Of a stretch of DNA of 64,000 nt, positions 37,001 through 51,087 are shown piece after piece. The stretch lies in the NCBI GenBank assembly GCA_035084275.1, contig CM068745.1, forward strand, positions 10,602,001 through 10,666,000, given 5' to 3'. Positions within the stretch are counted from its first letter, which is position 1. Every line of letters starts with the position of its first letter. Both the position numbers and the translations under genes were made by a program. This DNA comes from Hydrolagus colliei. Its lineage: Eukaryota. The notes under the pieces are model-generated. The model saw nothing but the letters and a program-made list of their open reading frames with translations. It was not told the origin of the DNA and did not search any database.

Positions 37001-40000
37001 TGCAGGCTTATCGTCCTAATGCTGATGCCGTTTTCAGGCGCTCATTACCTTAACCAGCTGCTCTGGCACACACCCGCCAAGGCATGATGGGACCACAAGC
37101 CAATATGTAGACCAGCAAATGCCGTGATATCAGACGGAAATATCAAACATGGCAACATCAGGCATACCGGAGCCTTGTTAAACACACTCTCCCTCTCTGA
37201 AGTGTAAGCCTTAAAATATTATTCTCAGGCAATAGTAGTTTAACAACAAAAAAATCTGTTTTGGCTTCGAATGTAAAGTTTTAAATTGGGGTTTCTCACT
37301 TCCAAACAATGAGCTAATTGCTTCCTGCAGTAACACAGCATCAACTGGGAGGGCGCTCTTGCAGCAATGCAGCCCAGTCGAGCACATGTAACTCAAACAA
37401 TTGTAAAATCTTCGTCAGTGCATTGTATTTCATGTCAGTATCCAATATTATGAGAGCTAAACATCTGTCCGATGAATACCTTGCTTAAAAGAAATTTGCC
37501 CCAAGCAAGAAACCAAATGCGGTGCCAAATATTGGTATATACTTGTGCATTTTAAAAGTATAAATTACCTGGCAAACCCACGACGTAGTCGGTGACCAGA
37601 CACCATTTAGCAGTTAGCTGAGGCAACCAGTACTACTTTTATGCGCTGACATCACAGACTATTCCTGCAACAAAGGTACTGTTCACCTGTAAAAAGAGCT
37701 TGAAGAAAACAAATCCTCATTGTAAATCTGTTAAATGCAGGCCAGTTTTGTTTAGATAGGGACTTCTGCTGAAGTTACCAGCCACCTACGGTTTAATGTT
37801 GAGATGCTCAGAAGCCTGGCAATAGTGACATGTAAATCTCATGAGAACGATATAATATACCTGTGTACTAGCATCAGCATTGACATGTTTGCTCGAAAAT
37901 CCTGTTTTATAATGTTTTATGCTGTGTTAACACTCGCCCAGAACCACCATTCACTATATTAAGGATTCTCTTCCTCCATAGTTTAGTTTTTATGGATTTT
38001 TTTGGTGCAAATATCATTACTACAACAAACAACCAAACAAAATTGCATTTCCAAAGTGCATTTCATGTCGGGAGGACTTTCCAAGGCGTCCCAATGGACG
38101 TCCCATTACTCCAGGAAGCTTCCTTTTCAGAGAGAAAAACAGTTCTCTTTGAATATGAGAATTACCATCTTGGACTTGATCTGCAGGGAGATGGGGGAGC
38201 CAATGCAGTCCAGCAAGGATGGGGGTGATAAGCTCGAGCGCCACAAAAAGCACCTACTGCATAAAAGTAAAATAATGTAATTCCAATCACAAGAGCTTCT
38301 CCAACCTGGGATTGCCCTTCCAACCCCAAAACAACTTCAAGGTCCTAAAATATAGGTTTGAGAGATGATGAGATGCAACAGTGATAGGACAGTAAGAGAA
38401 TGAAGGAAAAAGACAACCGGTGGAGGAAGGGGGAGGGTAGAACTGGGAATCAGTGTCAGCAGAGAAAAGGGTCACAGGTGGCAAATCAGAAACGCACAGA
38501 GGATTGCTGCTTGTGGTCTATCTCAGTCCTGTCCTATATTTCTAAGAGAAAGATAAATCAAGTGAAACTGATACCACATTGAAGAGGCAGGAAAAGCAAG
38601 GAAACTAAGAGAAATAACTGTTTTATCAGTAACTCAGAGAGAGAGGAGGGGTAAATGTAACCTCTGAGACAGGACATGCTGTGCACTGCACTGGCACTGA
38701 TCCAGCTTGTTGACATTTTAACCTCTGTGTACAACAGTAGAATGTAAAATTTGTTACCAAAGTACAGTACCAGGCTTCTGATCTGTGGAGCCAATGTATA
38801 GAAATGAAATCGCATAAAACATCTAGTACTACATCCTCTTATTTGAATACTGGTTGAGTCTGTGATTTTGACTACCACAATAAACTCCTGATAGCTCGAC
38901 CTTGGCTTAACTTGTCACTACCACTTAAGTCCTCCTATTATTAATATCCTGGATGCATTTATTTTTGAATTTATATACTGTATAATATATACATTACTAT
39001 ACTCTAGATAACACATTGCTGAGACTTTTTCCCTTGGAGTGACGAGTTATCAGGAGTTGTTTATACTTTCATACATTACGAATTTGACCGTGCCTTCAGC
39101 CACCCTCCTATCTCTCTGCCTTCCCTCATCCCAACCCTGCCCCCCACCCACTCTCTGCCCCCCCTCTTGATGTGAAAGGCACTCTACAAATGTAATTTTC
39201 TTCTTGTTGTATTATATAAAGAATCCATTAATCCCTCCAAGAGAGTCCTTTGGCAACTTTGATGTTGTTTAAACCCACAGTCATATCACATAAGGGGATG
39301 TATAAACAGGAGTGAACAGAAACAATGTGAAATTAATCAAACAATTTAACAAAATAATAAATCATAACCATTTTAAAAGAAAAAAATCCTGATCCTCAAC
39401 TGAGCTCTCAACAGATCTCCTTAGTATACACTCTTGTCAGAACTCCACAGTGTTGTTTTTGGTCAGATCTCATCAGTAATGACCCCTCATCAGAACTCAT
39501 GGCACTCACCAAATCCCACAGAAATCCTGTTTGCCATCAAGCAATGTAGAGCCATCATTCATATCACAAAACATTACAGAATCACAAAAACAGAATTGGA
39601 AATAAAGCCATTGGTTTGTTACCCTCCTAAAACCATTGACAATCCCCCTTCAATCCCATTGATTAAATTGACTGACACATCCTTGGGCAAACATGGTAAA
39701 TTCAGGCTAGGTTCAGCAATGCCAGTGTTTAACCGAAAAACAAGTTTTCATATCGGAAGTTTTCGTACTGAAAATTCACATTGAAATGTTTCAAAGAGCT
39801 TTACAGTAATTGCTTTCAGGTGAAGTGACTGTTTTAAAAGGTATACAAGCAGTTGTTTTGCGCGCAACAAATTGCAGGTGGTTTATTTAGTATTGCTACA
39901 TTTAACATCAATTAAAAAAAAATTAGCCCCATTTCAGCATACTTTAAATTTAAATAAGATTGTTATAGACATGCAAGGTCAGCAGCTTTGCCATGGATTG

Positions 40001-41507
40001 CTCAAATTAGATTGATATTGAATACATGGACCCAAATGCCAAGATCATACCTGCTCATAGAAAATGTGTACGGCAGCTCAGCAATTAATGGACGCCGTCG
40101 GCCACTGATATATGGGCATAGAACTTCATTTGTGCTGTTTTTGTTGTTTCTTGTGCTCTGAAAAAAAGAAAAGAGCATCTCATATCTCAATTCTAACACA
40201 GAAGAAACAAACAAGTATTGGTTTAGAAGAACCCAATCACATAGCGTATTGAACTTGTATATTTTAGGCAGACTCTCCAATGTGGGTGTACACTGCATTG
40301 TTGAAGGTGCAATCCTGTGAGTGAAATGTAAAACCAAAGTCCCAGCCCCCTGTTCAAATAGACGTGGAAGATCCCATAGCATTATTTGAAAATGTTGATA
40401 GCAATGTTGCTTTTTGATCATTCAGTGTCTTTTCTTCCTATCATTGTGAGCAGAATTTACTAAGTGTTAGATTGTTTATCCACCAATAGGGAATATGAGC
40501 TGGATTTAGACCACAGTGAGATAATTTATTGATGATGTGTTGTTTCAATAGAAATCAGTCACTGCACAGTCACTACATTTTATATAAATCCTGTGCAGCA
40601 AGCACTTTGAGACATACACCCATTTCTAAATCAAATGTAAGGATTACTATTATAATCGAGGTGACAATGTGAAGGGTCAAAGGATTTAAGAACAGATATT
40701 ACATTTAAAAAGTCCCACATGCGGTTATTCTAAGAGATTGCTTTAACCAAATTATTTCCCTTTTATAATATTGAAGAATCAAAGCTAGAGAATCTTTACC
40801 TTCCATCATTTTTCCAGTCTCCTGGCTTTCTTGCTAAGCATATTTATAATGTTCAAAGTAATTTTTATTGAAACAGTGACTATCATATTCAACAAGTGGG
40901 GCTCACAGTTTGTGTTGTCACTAGGCAACTGAGGATTTATTCTTCTGTAATTGGTTTTTAGATAGGATTTTTTTGTGTTCAAGGTGAAGGGTCTCAGTGC
41001 TGGGAATGGAATTTCATTTTACACTTTTTGCACAGTGTCAGCACACTTCAAGGTCAGTTGTGTGTCGAAGGTTGGAAGCTCCCTCTGCTCCACCCTCAGC
41101 AATATGCCTTCACTCACATGAAAATAGTTTTATCTTATCAATCCTTCTGGATTCAAACCCCAGGTCTTGAGAGAAGAAGTCAGTGAAATCATCTCACACA
41201 TGTACACAGAACAGGATTTTGCCCTCAGCCAGAAGGTCAGCCTCCTAACGTGCTACACTGTACTTTGATACCATGTAGGTGAGAGAGAAAACTCGATCTG
41301 CACAGGAAGTGATATGAATGGTGGCCATTTTTTCAGGACATGATGTAATCAATTGCTGTTTTCCCCCAGGAAGTGATGTCAGCATTGGGGTATTATTTTT
41401 TATTTTTTTTGGGGGGGGGGGGGGGGGGCGGGGGGGGAGGTGACAAAGATAGGAAATCAGCCCACCCAGTCCTGTTGTCCCTGCTTACCTGGTTTACAAC
41501 AGATGTA

Positions 41508-41570
41508 CAACAACAAACAAAATTACATTTATCAAGCCCTTTCACGTCGGGAGGACATCCCAAGGCGATG
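41508..41570 (-). mobile_element. Ultra-short L2 3'-tail insertion
   Basis: (CAA)n AATTACATTTATCAAGCCCTTTCACGTCGGGAGGACATCCCAAGGCG. Confidence 0.8.
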
Positions 41571-41774
41571 AAAACCAATGTAAACCAATTACCCCTATGA
41601 TGTTGTCAATTCTGTGAGTACTACTAATGTTGAATTTTAAGGACTGTACAGGAGGAAACATTTGGGACTCATTGGTCTTTAAATTTCCATCCATCCCATC
41701 TCCTCGTGTGTAAATTATATTTTTGATGAACAATGAATATCATGCTCTATGTATAAATGAAACCAAGATTTGCA

Positions 41775-42180
41775 GTAATAATCCTTACATTATTACTGAG
41801 CCTTCAAGTCGGTGGGACTTCACAGATCAATAAACTGAAGTGACTGTGTTCTTGTGGTCAAGCTTTGAAGATTATTTTGCCGCAGTAATGTCCCAAGAAC
41901 AGCCACAGAGTAAATTATTAATTTTATTTGAGGGATTGTTGGCCAGGACACCAGGAGAAAATCCCTACTCTATTTTAATAGTGCCAAGGGATGTTTAATA
42001 TCAATCTGAATGGGCAGGTGGGTCCTTGAGTTAAAATCGCATCCGTATGACTGCACCTACAGAATTGCACAGTAACTCCAGCACTGCATTAGCATTTTAG
42101 ACTATATGGGTTCAATATGGCTTGAACCAACAAACTTCTGACCAGGAGGCAAGAGTTCAACCAACTAAGCCAGGCTGTCA
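41775..42180 (-). mobile_element. Old Deu-domain SINE
   Basis: Decayed GGCCAGGACACCAGGAGAA...ATAGTGCCAAGGGAT...CTTGAACC...TTCTGAC motifs, antisense to the element at 15400. Confidence 0.7.
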
Positions 42181-44514
42181 TATCCTTACTGTGCAAAGGC
42201 GATATGAGGCAGGTGAGCCCTGAAACTCTGATGTAACCTCACACTGAGTTGTAATGCCAAAGAGAGACTTCTATGTAACATTTTCGATGACATTTAGAGG
42301 TCAAATCAATCAAAAAGGAGATAGAATGATCTGTCAAAATATAAAGATAAATATTTTATTTAATTTTGCTCAAATTCTGTCATTCAGTATAATAAACTAA
42401 AACATCTTGAGGGTGAAAAGGACTAATCAGTTAAATATCTCCTAGTATCAGAAAAGGGATTTAAAGTATGTCTCCTCCAGGGAGCCCTGTGTACATTATG
42501 TCACCCACAAGGCACCTCTTCCAACTGAAAATGTTTGGATATACCATCGAAGCCAATTTAAGGAAGTTAATTTTGTCTGTGAGTTTTCAATGAAGATCAA
42601 TTTCTGCGTGTGCAGAGGGTAAGGCAAGTCTTACATTGGTCTACTGCAGGAATTTCCCATAATTATCCTGACATCTGACTGTATATCTTGTTTATATCAT
42701 CGCAGCAACATTTTGGGCCAAGACCATACAAACCGATATTGTTTACACTTTCTTTGACAACAACAATAACTTGCATTTATATCGTACCCTTCCGTGCCAG
42801 ACAGCCTCTCAGAGTGCTTAACATAAATGCTATTTTATTACCTAATTGAACCTCACAAACAAGGCTGTATATGTTCTACTGTTGTCTCAATAAAGCTTGG
42901 GCGAACTTGATCTGATGCTATGTTTGCCTTGAAAATCAATCACTATACTTGACGATAATTACTTCAGAAATTCTTTGTGTCATGGAATCTTTCTACATCC
43001 AGCTGAACAGGCAGATGGAAATTCGGTTCAAAGTCTCACCAAAGGGCAGCACCTCCAACTCACTTCCAGTACTACCTTGATGTGTCAACCTTGAATGTGA
43101 ACTGAAAGTCCCAATGTGGGGCTTGTATATTTTCTATTGTGGCCTTAGTGAGGCTTAGGGGAACTTGATCTGAGGTATTTGACCTATTGACTCAGAGGTG
43201 AAAGTACTGCCAAATGAGTTAGGCTGACACAGATATGCCACTTAACACAATGAGTTACTTTTAAGTCCAATGACAGTTGTGATATCGGCAAACTCAGCAT
43301 CTGATGTTTGACAGCAACATCTCAAAGAGGACAATGAGGTCAATGACCATTGGATCTGTTTATGGGGAATTTGGATAAGCGAGGATGAGGCCTCAGTCTA
43401 CATTATAAGCTCAATTCATGGTCAATGTATGGGATTGGGGAGAGAGTTCTAAACTTCGGAGAATTGTGGCGAAAAGCGCAGCCGCCGATGATGCGGGAAG
43501 AGGGGGGAGGGGTGGGGGGACAACGGACAAACAGTTTACCAGAGCCAGCACAGCAGAGGCAGTGGATTGGTGAGAAAGCAGTTAGTTAGAAAGTTAGGGA
43601 GGTGCAAGGCCATGAAGAGATTTGTAGATGAGTGACAGGATTTTGAAATCGATCCATCAGTTTTCTGACAAAAGGATTAAAATGCTATCAAAGTGAGGCA
43701 AACACAGTCAGGGTTCTGCTTTTATATTATGTACGGAGCGTAGGATGGAAAAATTAACCTGGTTTGTGATCCTGATGGTGATCCAGGGATCCTTTTTAGA
43801 CTTGAGCAGCTAAGGAGAGGATCTAACTCTTGAAACGATTTCACCCTTGGATGAACAGCTTGCAGATACTCACTGTCGAGGCTCACATCAGAATTTACCT
43901 ATAGAGGTTAAAAGGACCCAAAAACTTTGAGGAAAAGAGAACATTGGAGAAAATTGGCAAAGATTTAGATGCTAAATTTTAAACAAAATTGTAATCAAAA
44001 TCAGGTTGCTCAGTATAAAGCAGGGAGTTATGCTACAGGAAGTTTTCACAATGTCCATTTTGTGCATTTCACGTTAGAAATATACATCATGTCAACTTTG
44101 TCACGGCAAAAGCTTTTTAGTTTCTGTTCAAATGGCCTGTGTTTGCTGCTTTTGGCAGGAAGCGGGAGCAGTTTCAGTGATGGTCAGTGATTTTTACAAC
44201 ACACATTTGACAGAAGCTGGCACTCTGTCTGTGTGCCCAGGAGCTGGTCTCTATAATGTCTGAAGCTGTTTCAGTAATGTAACAGGACTGCAGCCATGCA
44301 TGCTGGGCTGCTTCATTTCAAAAATGACTTATTTTTAAAGTGCCACGTACACCATATTAGCTGGACTGCCTCACACATCTTGCCAATGTTCACTTGGTAG
44401 TAGCCCAAGGAAAGATCACATGGGATGATCACTGGGCAGAAACTGGCATATTCATATCTCCGTTTCTTGCTGCCAAGCAAACGGATCCAACTTTGGCCAG
44501 AATAAGATTTAACA

Positions 44515-45350
44515 GTTGGTAGTACTTTTGCCTCTGAGTCAGTAGGTTGTGGGTTGAAATCCCACAGCAGAACTTGCAACCCATAAGTCTATGCTGACAC
44601 TCCAGAGCTGGAATTGTGCTGCATTATTGGAGGCATTAAACCGAGGCTTCTCCTACCTGTTTAAATGGATGCTAAATATAGCGCAATTCAAAAAGAGAAG
44701 GCAGTTTCTCAACAATCACCCAGATAAAAAAATTATTGTTTGCTTTACAACTGTTTTGGGTATATTGCTATGCACTAAATTGACTATCACATTTGTCTAC
44801 CACAAAATCTGTGAAGTGCTTCAAGACATCTTCTAGACATGAAAGATGCGGTGTAAAATGTAAGCAATATTATTATATAACAGCAGAAAGTTATGAATCC
44901 AACAGCAACTTACATTTGATAGAGCAGAGTAGCGACTCAGAGCATTTAACACCGATGTAGTTTGATGCTGAGAGTAGGGGCAGGTTAGATCACTGGAGCC
45001 ATGGTCATAAAGGAAAGTATTTAAGTGCAAATGGAGGAGTCACGGCAGAGAGATTTAGATAGGGAGTCCCGGAGGATTAGGGCACAGTGGCTGAAGGCAA
45101 AACCGCCGATCGTGCAGTGCAGGGGTGTTCAGAAACTCCAAGCTGGCTGAACAAAGGGAGCAGATAGAAAAGTGGGATGTGAATAAGCTGGATAGGTTGA
45201 GAACTGCTAGAGCATGAGGTGATTTATAGGTGAGTGGTGAGGATCTTGAAACCGATCCATTCGGTGATAGAAGCTGGTGGTGCCTGGCACGGACTAGGGG
45301 GATGCAAGTGTAGGGTTTGGTGGATGTACAGGCAGTGGAGTTCTGAATCG
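44515..45350. mobile_element. Old DeuSINE (+, ~44515-44880) and degraded L2 fragment (-, ~44900-45350)
   Basis: GCCTCTGAGTCAGTAGGTTGTGGGTTGAAATCCCAC head; GTGGCTGAAGGC and GGATCTTGAAACCGATCCA L2 antisense motifs. Confidence 0.65.
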
Positions 45351-45467
45351 ACCTATTATCATCTTACTGCGGAGAATCGCATCTAGTACAAGCAGCATTG
45401 TTGCGAATGTTTACACCACATATAAATAAACGTAAGCTTCAACCAGCTCCCCAAATAACATAAAACA

Positions 45468-45720
45468 GTGTAATTTGCAATATTTACAGAAGGATTTGTA
45501 AACAGCAAACCCCGCAGGTACCCAGATGAGTCTCCACTTAGAGGCCAATCTTGGCTTCTACATCTGTGAAACCGCAGCCTAAGGAGAATTTTGCTGCCCG
45601 GTAGGAGATCGGCATTGATTGTCTTCCGAGCGGAATTTCAGAGGATCAGCTTGACATGTATCCGGGTACCGGCAGGACCTGCTATTTACAAATCCCTTTT
45701 GCGGACATCGCGAATTAGAC
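45468..45720. mobile_element. Palindromic MITE-like element with ~60-bp imperfect terminal inverted repeats
   Basis: Left arm GTGTAATTTGCAATATTTACAGAAGGATTTGTAAACAGCAAACCCCGCAGGTACCCAGAT; reverse complement of right arm GTCTAATTCGCGATGTCCGCAAAAGGGATTTGTAAATAGCAGGTCCTGCCGGTACCCGGAT. Confidence 0.65.
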
Positions 45721-45917
45721 CCAAATGGAGGAAATTCCAGTAATGAATTCAAGCTGCCAATTCAGTGAAGATTCTTGCTAATTATTACACATAACCATAA
45801 CCAGAAGTTTGTTCCTCTTTCATATTTCCACTGCACGATCCCAAAGCCAGTTGACCCATGATATTTCTACTCCTGCTACTTAACCCCCTAAAATTATCCA
45901 ATACAAATACTTACAAA

Positions 45918-46725
45918 AATAACAACAACAACAAAATTACATTTGTAGAGTGCTTTTCATGTGAAGAGGATGTCACAGGTGCTGAACAATCAGGGGTCAG
46001 GACCTGAGCATGGTGGGGGAGGGGGGTGGGCACAGTTTGGATGAGGTAGGCGAGGTAGGAGAGCGGTCGAAAAGGAGGATCTTCAGTCGGGCCTTGAAGG
46101 AGACAAGGGAGGGAACAAGGTGAAGGGATTGTGGGATGGAATTCCAGAGAGTAGGGGCCTGTCAAATGGATGGAGTGGATAGGTTAATAGGAGGTCAGCA
46201 GCTCAGGGAGATAAGAGATGGATAGACCATGGAGGTCCTTGAAAGTTTGGACGAGGATCTTGAATTCTATCCTCGGGGATGGGAGCCAATGGAGCCAGGT
46301 GAGGGTGGGGGTCATGGAGCCTGGTGCAGGAGAGGACAATGTAGTAAGGTAGGTAATAATAATCCTTGCACTGGATATAGCACCTTCTTATCATGTCTTT
46401 GAGACATCTCAAAGCGCTTCACAGAATATACCGTCAAGTGAAGTGACTGTATATTTTGTGGGCGATACGCGGCAGCCAATTGCACACAGTAGTGTCCAAC
46501 AAACAGTCGTGGATTGAGTGACAAAATTATTATTTTTATTGAAGGGATCATTACCCCTGGAAAAGTGATCCTTCATTGACTCACAAAGGGTTCCTACCTG
46601 CTGCTAGGTAAACAGAGGCATGTGGAGCAAGGAAACTTGCCCAATATTTCGCCCTGCCTGGGAATCAAACCGAGGTCCTCTCACTTGTGAGGGAGTGCTC
46701 TAACCATTACGCTACAGGGCTCCAC
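45918..46725 (-). mobile_element. L2 3' fragment (~45918-46345) plus full tRNA-headed SINE (~46354-46725)
   Basis: L2 antisense GGATCTTGAATTCTATCCTCGGGGATGGGAGCCAATGGAGCC; SINE head antisense GCTCTAACCATTACGCTACAGGGCTCCACA. Confidence 0.85.
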
Positions 46726-48159
46726 ATAATAATAATCATTGTATTTGATATACCTGTATTGCCTTCCATGCCACAAAAACATCTTAAAGTGCTTCACACA
46801 ATATACTGTAAAGTGCAGTCAGTATATGTGGCAGCCAATTTGTTGTAGCAAAGTTCCACAAGCAGCCATGAAGTGAACAACTAATTTTATTTCAGTGCAG
46901 ATTCAATCAAACTCCCAGGTACAGAACCTTTATGTGACAATGGTTAGATTGACTAACTGTTGAACAACAAAGAAACGGATTAAGTCAAATAGGACTAACA
47001 TTTATAATATATATGATTCAATGATCTAAAATTTGGAATGAATAATATATAGGTTTCAATGATAGAAGAGAATTCCCGAGGGGAGAGATAGATGTTCATG
47101 ATTACTCAACTGGCCACAGGATCTTTTTTTCATTACACCCAAACATTTCGTTTCACCTCGAACCCCAAGGCAGGCCCAGGGCGTCTCCCTTTAGAGTGCA
47201 GAGAATGAAAGGCATGGGGGCCACAGAGTTGGCTGTGCCCTGACCCATAGGGTCCCCCTGTCAATCATTTCCTACCCATCCCTGATCCCTTTCACACCAG
47301 ACAGCTGTCCCGATCGTTGTTAACCAGGTAACAACAACCCAACAATAGAGGCCTCAATGCCTGGTCTAGACACTCTTTTAGCCACTTATTTGCTGTTCTT
47401 GGCAGCTGTTGAAGCATAAATAAGCAGTTTGCAATCAGAAAGCTGACATCATTATAGCTCAGCTAAGAGAAATAATTGTGCCTATGCACTGAGCTGCTTT
47501 TCCCCCTATTTTATGACAACAGATTGGAGATGCAGATTGAACGGCCTGAACTGGCCTCTGCTTTTATTTAGCAGAATACAATTGGATAGGAAAAAAATCT
47601 TGTAGAGCCTGGAAGTTTCAGGAAACTCACTTCTGCTCATAGTTATATTTGAAACTAAATATTTAGTGAATGATTTGCTGGTGTGCTTTTCAGTGAGACT
47701 ATCACACAACCTTGTTTCAATATTAACCCTGCTTTTTAAGCATAGCCAGGATGAGCAGATAATTCCAATTGATTTTGATTTATTTCCAATTATTATTCAG
47801 CGCTGCTATGCAGATCACAAATGGAAGGGGCAGCCGAGGTTTTGTACATTGTTTTTGCCTTTGTCACAGAATGCATTTTTCACTGCAGGAGCCATATTGT
47901 TGTGTACAACTCAAACATTGTATTTTGATTTACTACATTAGAATATGACAGCATATTTTTTAAATCACATTTGAATTCCATTGTGGGAAAGAGTGAGTCG
48001 TTCTTGTTTTCTTTTATCATTTAAAAAAACCTTAATTCTACTGCATGCTTAGATCTAATTTGCAGATTGGGTTAACAGCAAATGTGCACAATGTGCATGT
48101 TAGGTTACCCATGTGTAAATACACACATGGGCTTGTATTGCTTACCCTGCACCTTATCC

Positions 48160-49500
48160 TGTCTTCTTGGCTCAGTTGGCTGCAGTCACCTCTGAGTCAG
48201 CAGCTGAAGATTCAAACTCCACTCTCGAGACTTGGAATTCGCAGTCTTGACTGCCACTCTAATGCAGTTCTGTGGGTATGATTCACTGTTGGGAGATATT
48301 GTCTTCCAGACGACATGTTCAACCAAGTGTTGTTTGCCTGTTCAGGTGGACTTTAAAGAGCTTGTGGCACTGCTCAAAGGAGTTTCTTCTGGTGTCTTGG
48401 CCAACAATTAACTAGATTAAAATCACTCATTCACTTCATGGCTGAATGTGAAACATTGCTGTGCATAATTTGGCTGACTTGTTCGCCCTCAAATATAGTC
48501 ATTACATTTCACTGTAACATCGTGTCGCAGACTTTGAGACATCTCGATTATAAGGATTATTATTATTGCTGAGCACTATGACACCGGGGTTTACTTTGTC
48601 GTTTGAGATAACAATCCACAGGTAAAGTTTGCAGGTTGGGTTATCCATGTGCAAATTCATGTTTTACAGAGGGAACTCCAAATGCCCCTGATGATAAGAT
48701 TGAGAACCAATAAAAAGACCAACATTGATTCCTTGGGTCCTTTCTGTTGATTACTAGGCACATAGTTAAGTTCACTTATGTGCATTACCCCAGGGCCTTG
48801 AGACGTCCTCCTGACGTGAAAAGCACTACATAAATGCAAGTTGTTGTTGTTGTTGTTAACTCAGCCCACAAATGAATAATCATCCTTTATAGCACCTTTC
48901 ATTATCAGGAGGACACTTCAAAACGCTACACAGGATATTATTAAAAAGTTTAGTGACTGCATTTGGTATACGAACATAACAGTTAATTTATACACAGCAA
49001 TGGTTCTCAAGCAGCCATGTGGCGAAACTCTGGAACACTATTTCTCTATCCCTCCTCTTGCCCCTTCTTCCCCATGGTCAGATTATGCCTGAAGACCTTC
49101 CTCTTCAATCGTGCCTACGGTCACCTCTCCCCTCGCGCCGACTCAGCATCATACCCCATTACTGTCAAGCGCTCAGGGATGCTACCCTGTATGAGGGATG
49201 CTATATAAATGCAAGTTGTTGTTGTTGGTTGATCAATTCTATCCGGGGGAATTGTTGACCAGGAGGCCAGCAATAATTCCCTTATCTCCTCAAACAGTGA
49301 TATGGATTCTTTAACATCTACCTGAATATAGGTAGACATGTTTAACATCTCATCTGAAGAACGACACTGCCAACAATGCAGCAAGCACTGCACTGCAATA
49401 CCAACATAGACTGTGAGTTCAAAGTCCCAACGTGGAGTTCAAACTCACAATCTTTTGACTCAGTGGTGAGAGTTCTGTCAGCTGAGACAGGCTAACACAC
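48160..49500. mobile_element. Cluster of old DeuSINEs (+ ~48160-48570; - ~48875-49015 and ~49230-49500) with L2 tails (~48793-48856, ~49020-49226)
   Basis: Deu-core and tail motifs as at 15400; L2 tails ending in (TTG)n. Confidence 0.7.
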
Positions 49501-50780
49501 AATTGGACCACAGAGAAGGCAAGTATTCCTTTTAAGGTTGAATGGTATTAGCCCACAATGAGAATTATGTGCTTTTAAGCATTTTATTGAGGGTGGAAAG
49601 GAGAGGAAATAATAGTAATAATCTTTGCTTTGATGTGGCGCGTTAGAAGGATGGCTTTAAGGGCTTCACAGGGTATACTGTAAATCGTGTAACAGATTAT
49701 TTTGTAGGTAAACAATAGTGTACAAAGTGGGTGAAGGAATCTGTGTTACATTCATAGCTGACACAATGTTCATTATTGTGAGTTCACAAATTAAGTAGAG
49801 AGTTTAATCAGATGTGTTGGAGGTTGCTTCGATGGAATAGCACTTGACAAAAATCTTCTGTCAGGTGTCAATAGTCTTCTTTGACTGCAATCTTTCTTTG
49901 ATATATTGGAACTGAGATCAGGAATAGACTGAAGTTCACATGATCAAAAGAGAGAACTGGATGAAAAGGATTGTGTTGCCCATTTGATCCAGAATATCCA
50001 ATCTACCGTGCTTCCACCACAGCATCAAGCTGCTTTGTAAATAAGTACAGTGTCCTGACTGCACCACCCTTCCACGTAACTTGTTTTAGTCTTTACTTAC
50101 CCTCTGTTCCAGGGTTAGCCGCTGAGATATCAAGGTAACTGCAGGATTTGCCATTTATGAATCAATTTGTTGTGCGTAAATTAGTAAATTAGACCTTTGT
50201 GGATCCTTCTGTATATAACTGCATTTACTGACTATACGTCTTGATGTCGCGACTGTGTGATTACCATACTACAGCTAACAACATCATTAACAGGCAATTA
50301 AAGTTTATTACATAATAAATTTTAATTAATATTTATCTGAAAGGATGAGGTTCAGTACTGAACAGGAAATCACACTGTAACAAGGACCAAGGAGAGGGAA
50401 ACAAATCTTTCAATGTTAGTCAGCATTAAATGATATAAGAGGTTTTTTAAAGCAGTAAAATGCACTGTATGATCGATACAGGAAGAAATTAGTATAGTGT
50501 TGTGCAATCAAGGGCATTCTGGGAATGAACCCTGGGGAGGCGAGGAGGATTTTGCCTTTCTTATTCTTTCCGCTTTCCAGAACTAATATGGGTTAAAAAG
50601 GACAACCACTGATCACATATGTTGTGTATACATTCAATCCTTTATGAAATGTTGCTTGTTTATCATCTCCGCACCTTAATCTTTCCTGAGTGTGATCAGT
50701 GAAATATATGAACAGCATGATTTTAATCAATTGGATGCAGTGTCAAATCTTTGGCAGATTTATTTTGTCCCATTGTCGTT

Positions 50781-51087
50781 GAGCTCCTGTAGCTCAGTGG
50801 TTAGAGCACTTGCCTTACAAGCTTGAAACCTGTGTTCAAATCCAGGCAAAATCAGAGCAAAACCTTGGGCAATTTTCCTAGTAATCCTCCAAAAAAAAAC
50901 ACAATAATAAAATTGGTCATTTCAATCCATGACTGTTTGTAGGGATACTGCTGTGCGCAATTGCCATCCACATTTTGCCCACAAATATACAGTCAATTCA
51001 CTTTACAGTATGTTCTGTGAAACGCTTTGAGACGTTGATAAGATGTGAAAAGCGCTATATCAAAATGCAAGAATTATTATTATTACT
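50781..51087 (+). mobile_element. Full-length tRNA-headed SINE
   Basis: GAGCTCCTGTAGCTCAGTGGTTAGAGCAC...GTTCAAATCCAGGC...GTGAAAAGCGCTATATC...(TTA)n. Confidence 0.9.

Noticed and set aside
41411-41440. Poly-G run (and poly-C at ~36465-36490) giving Gly/Pro-rich ORFs or G-quadruplexes
   Set aside because: Simple homopolymer tracts with no evidence of function.
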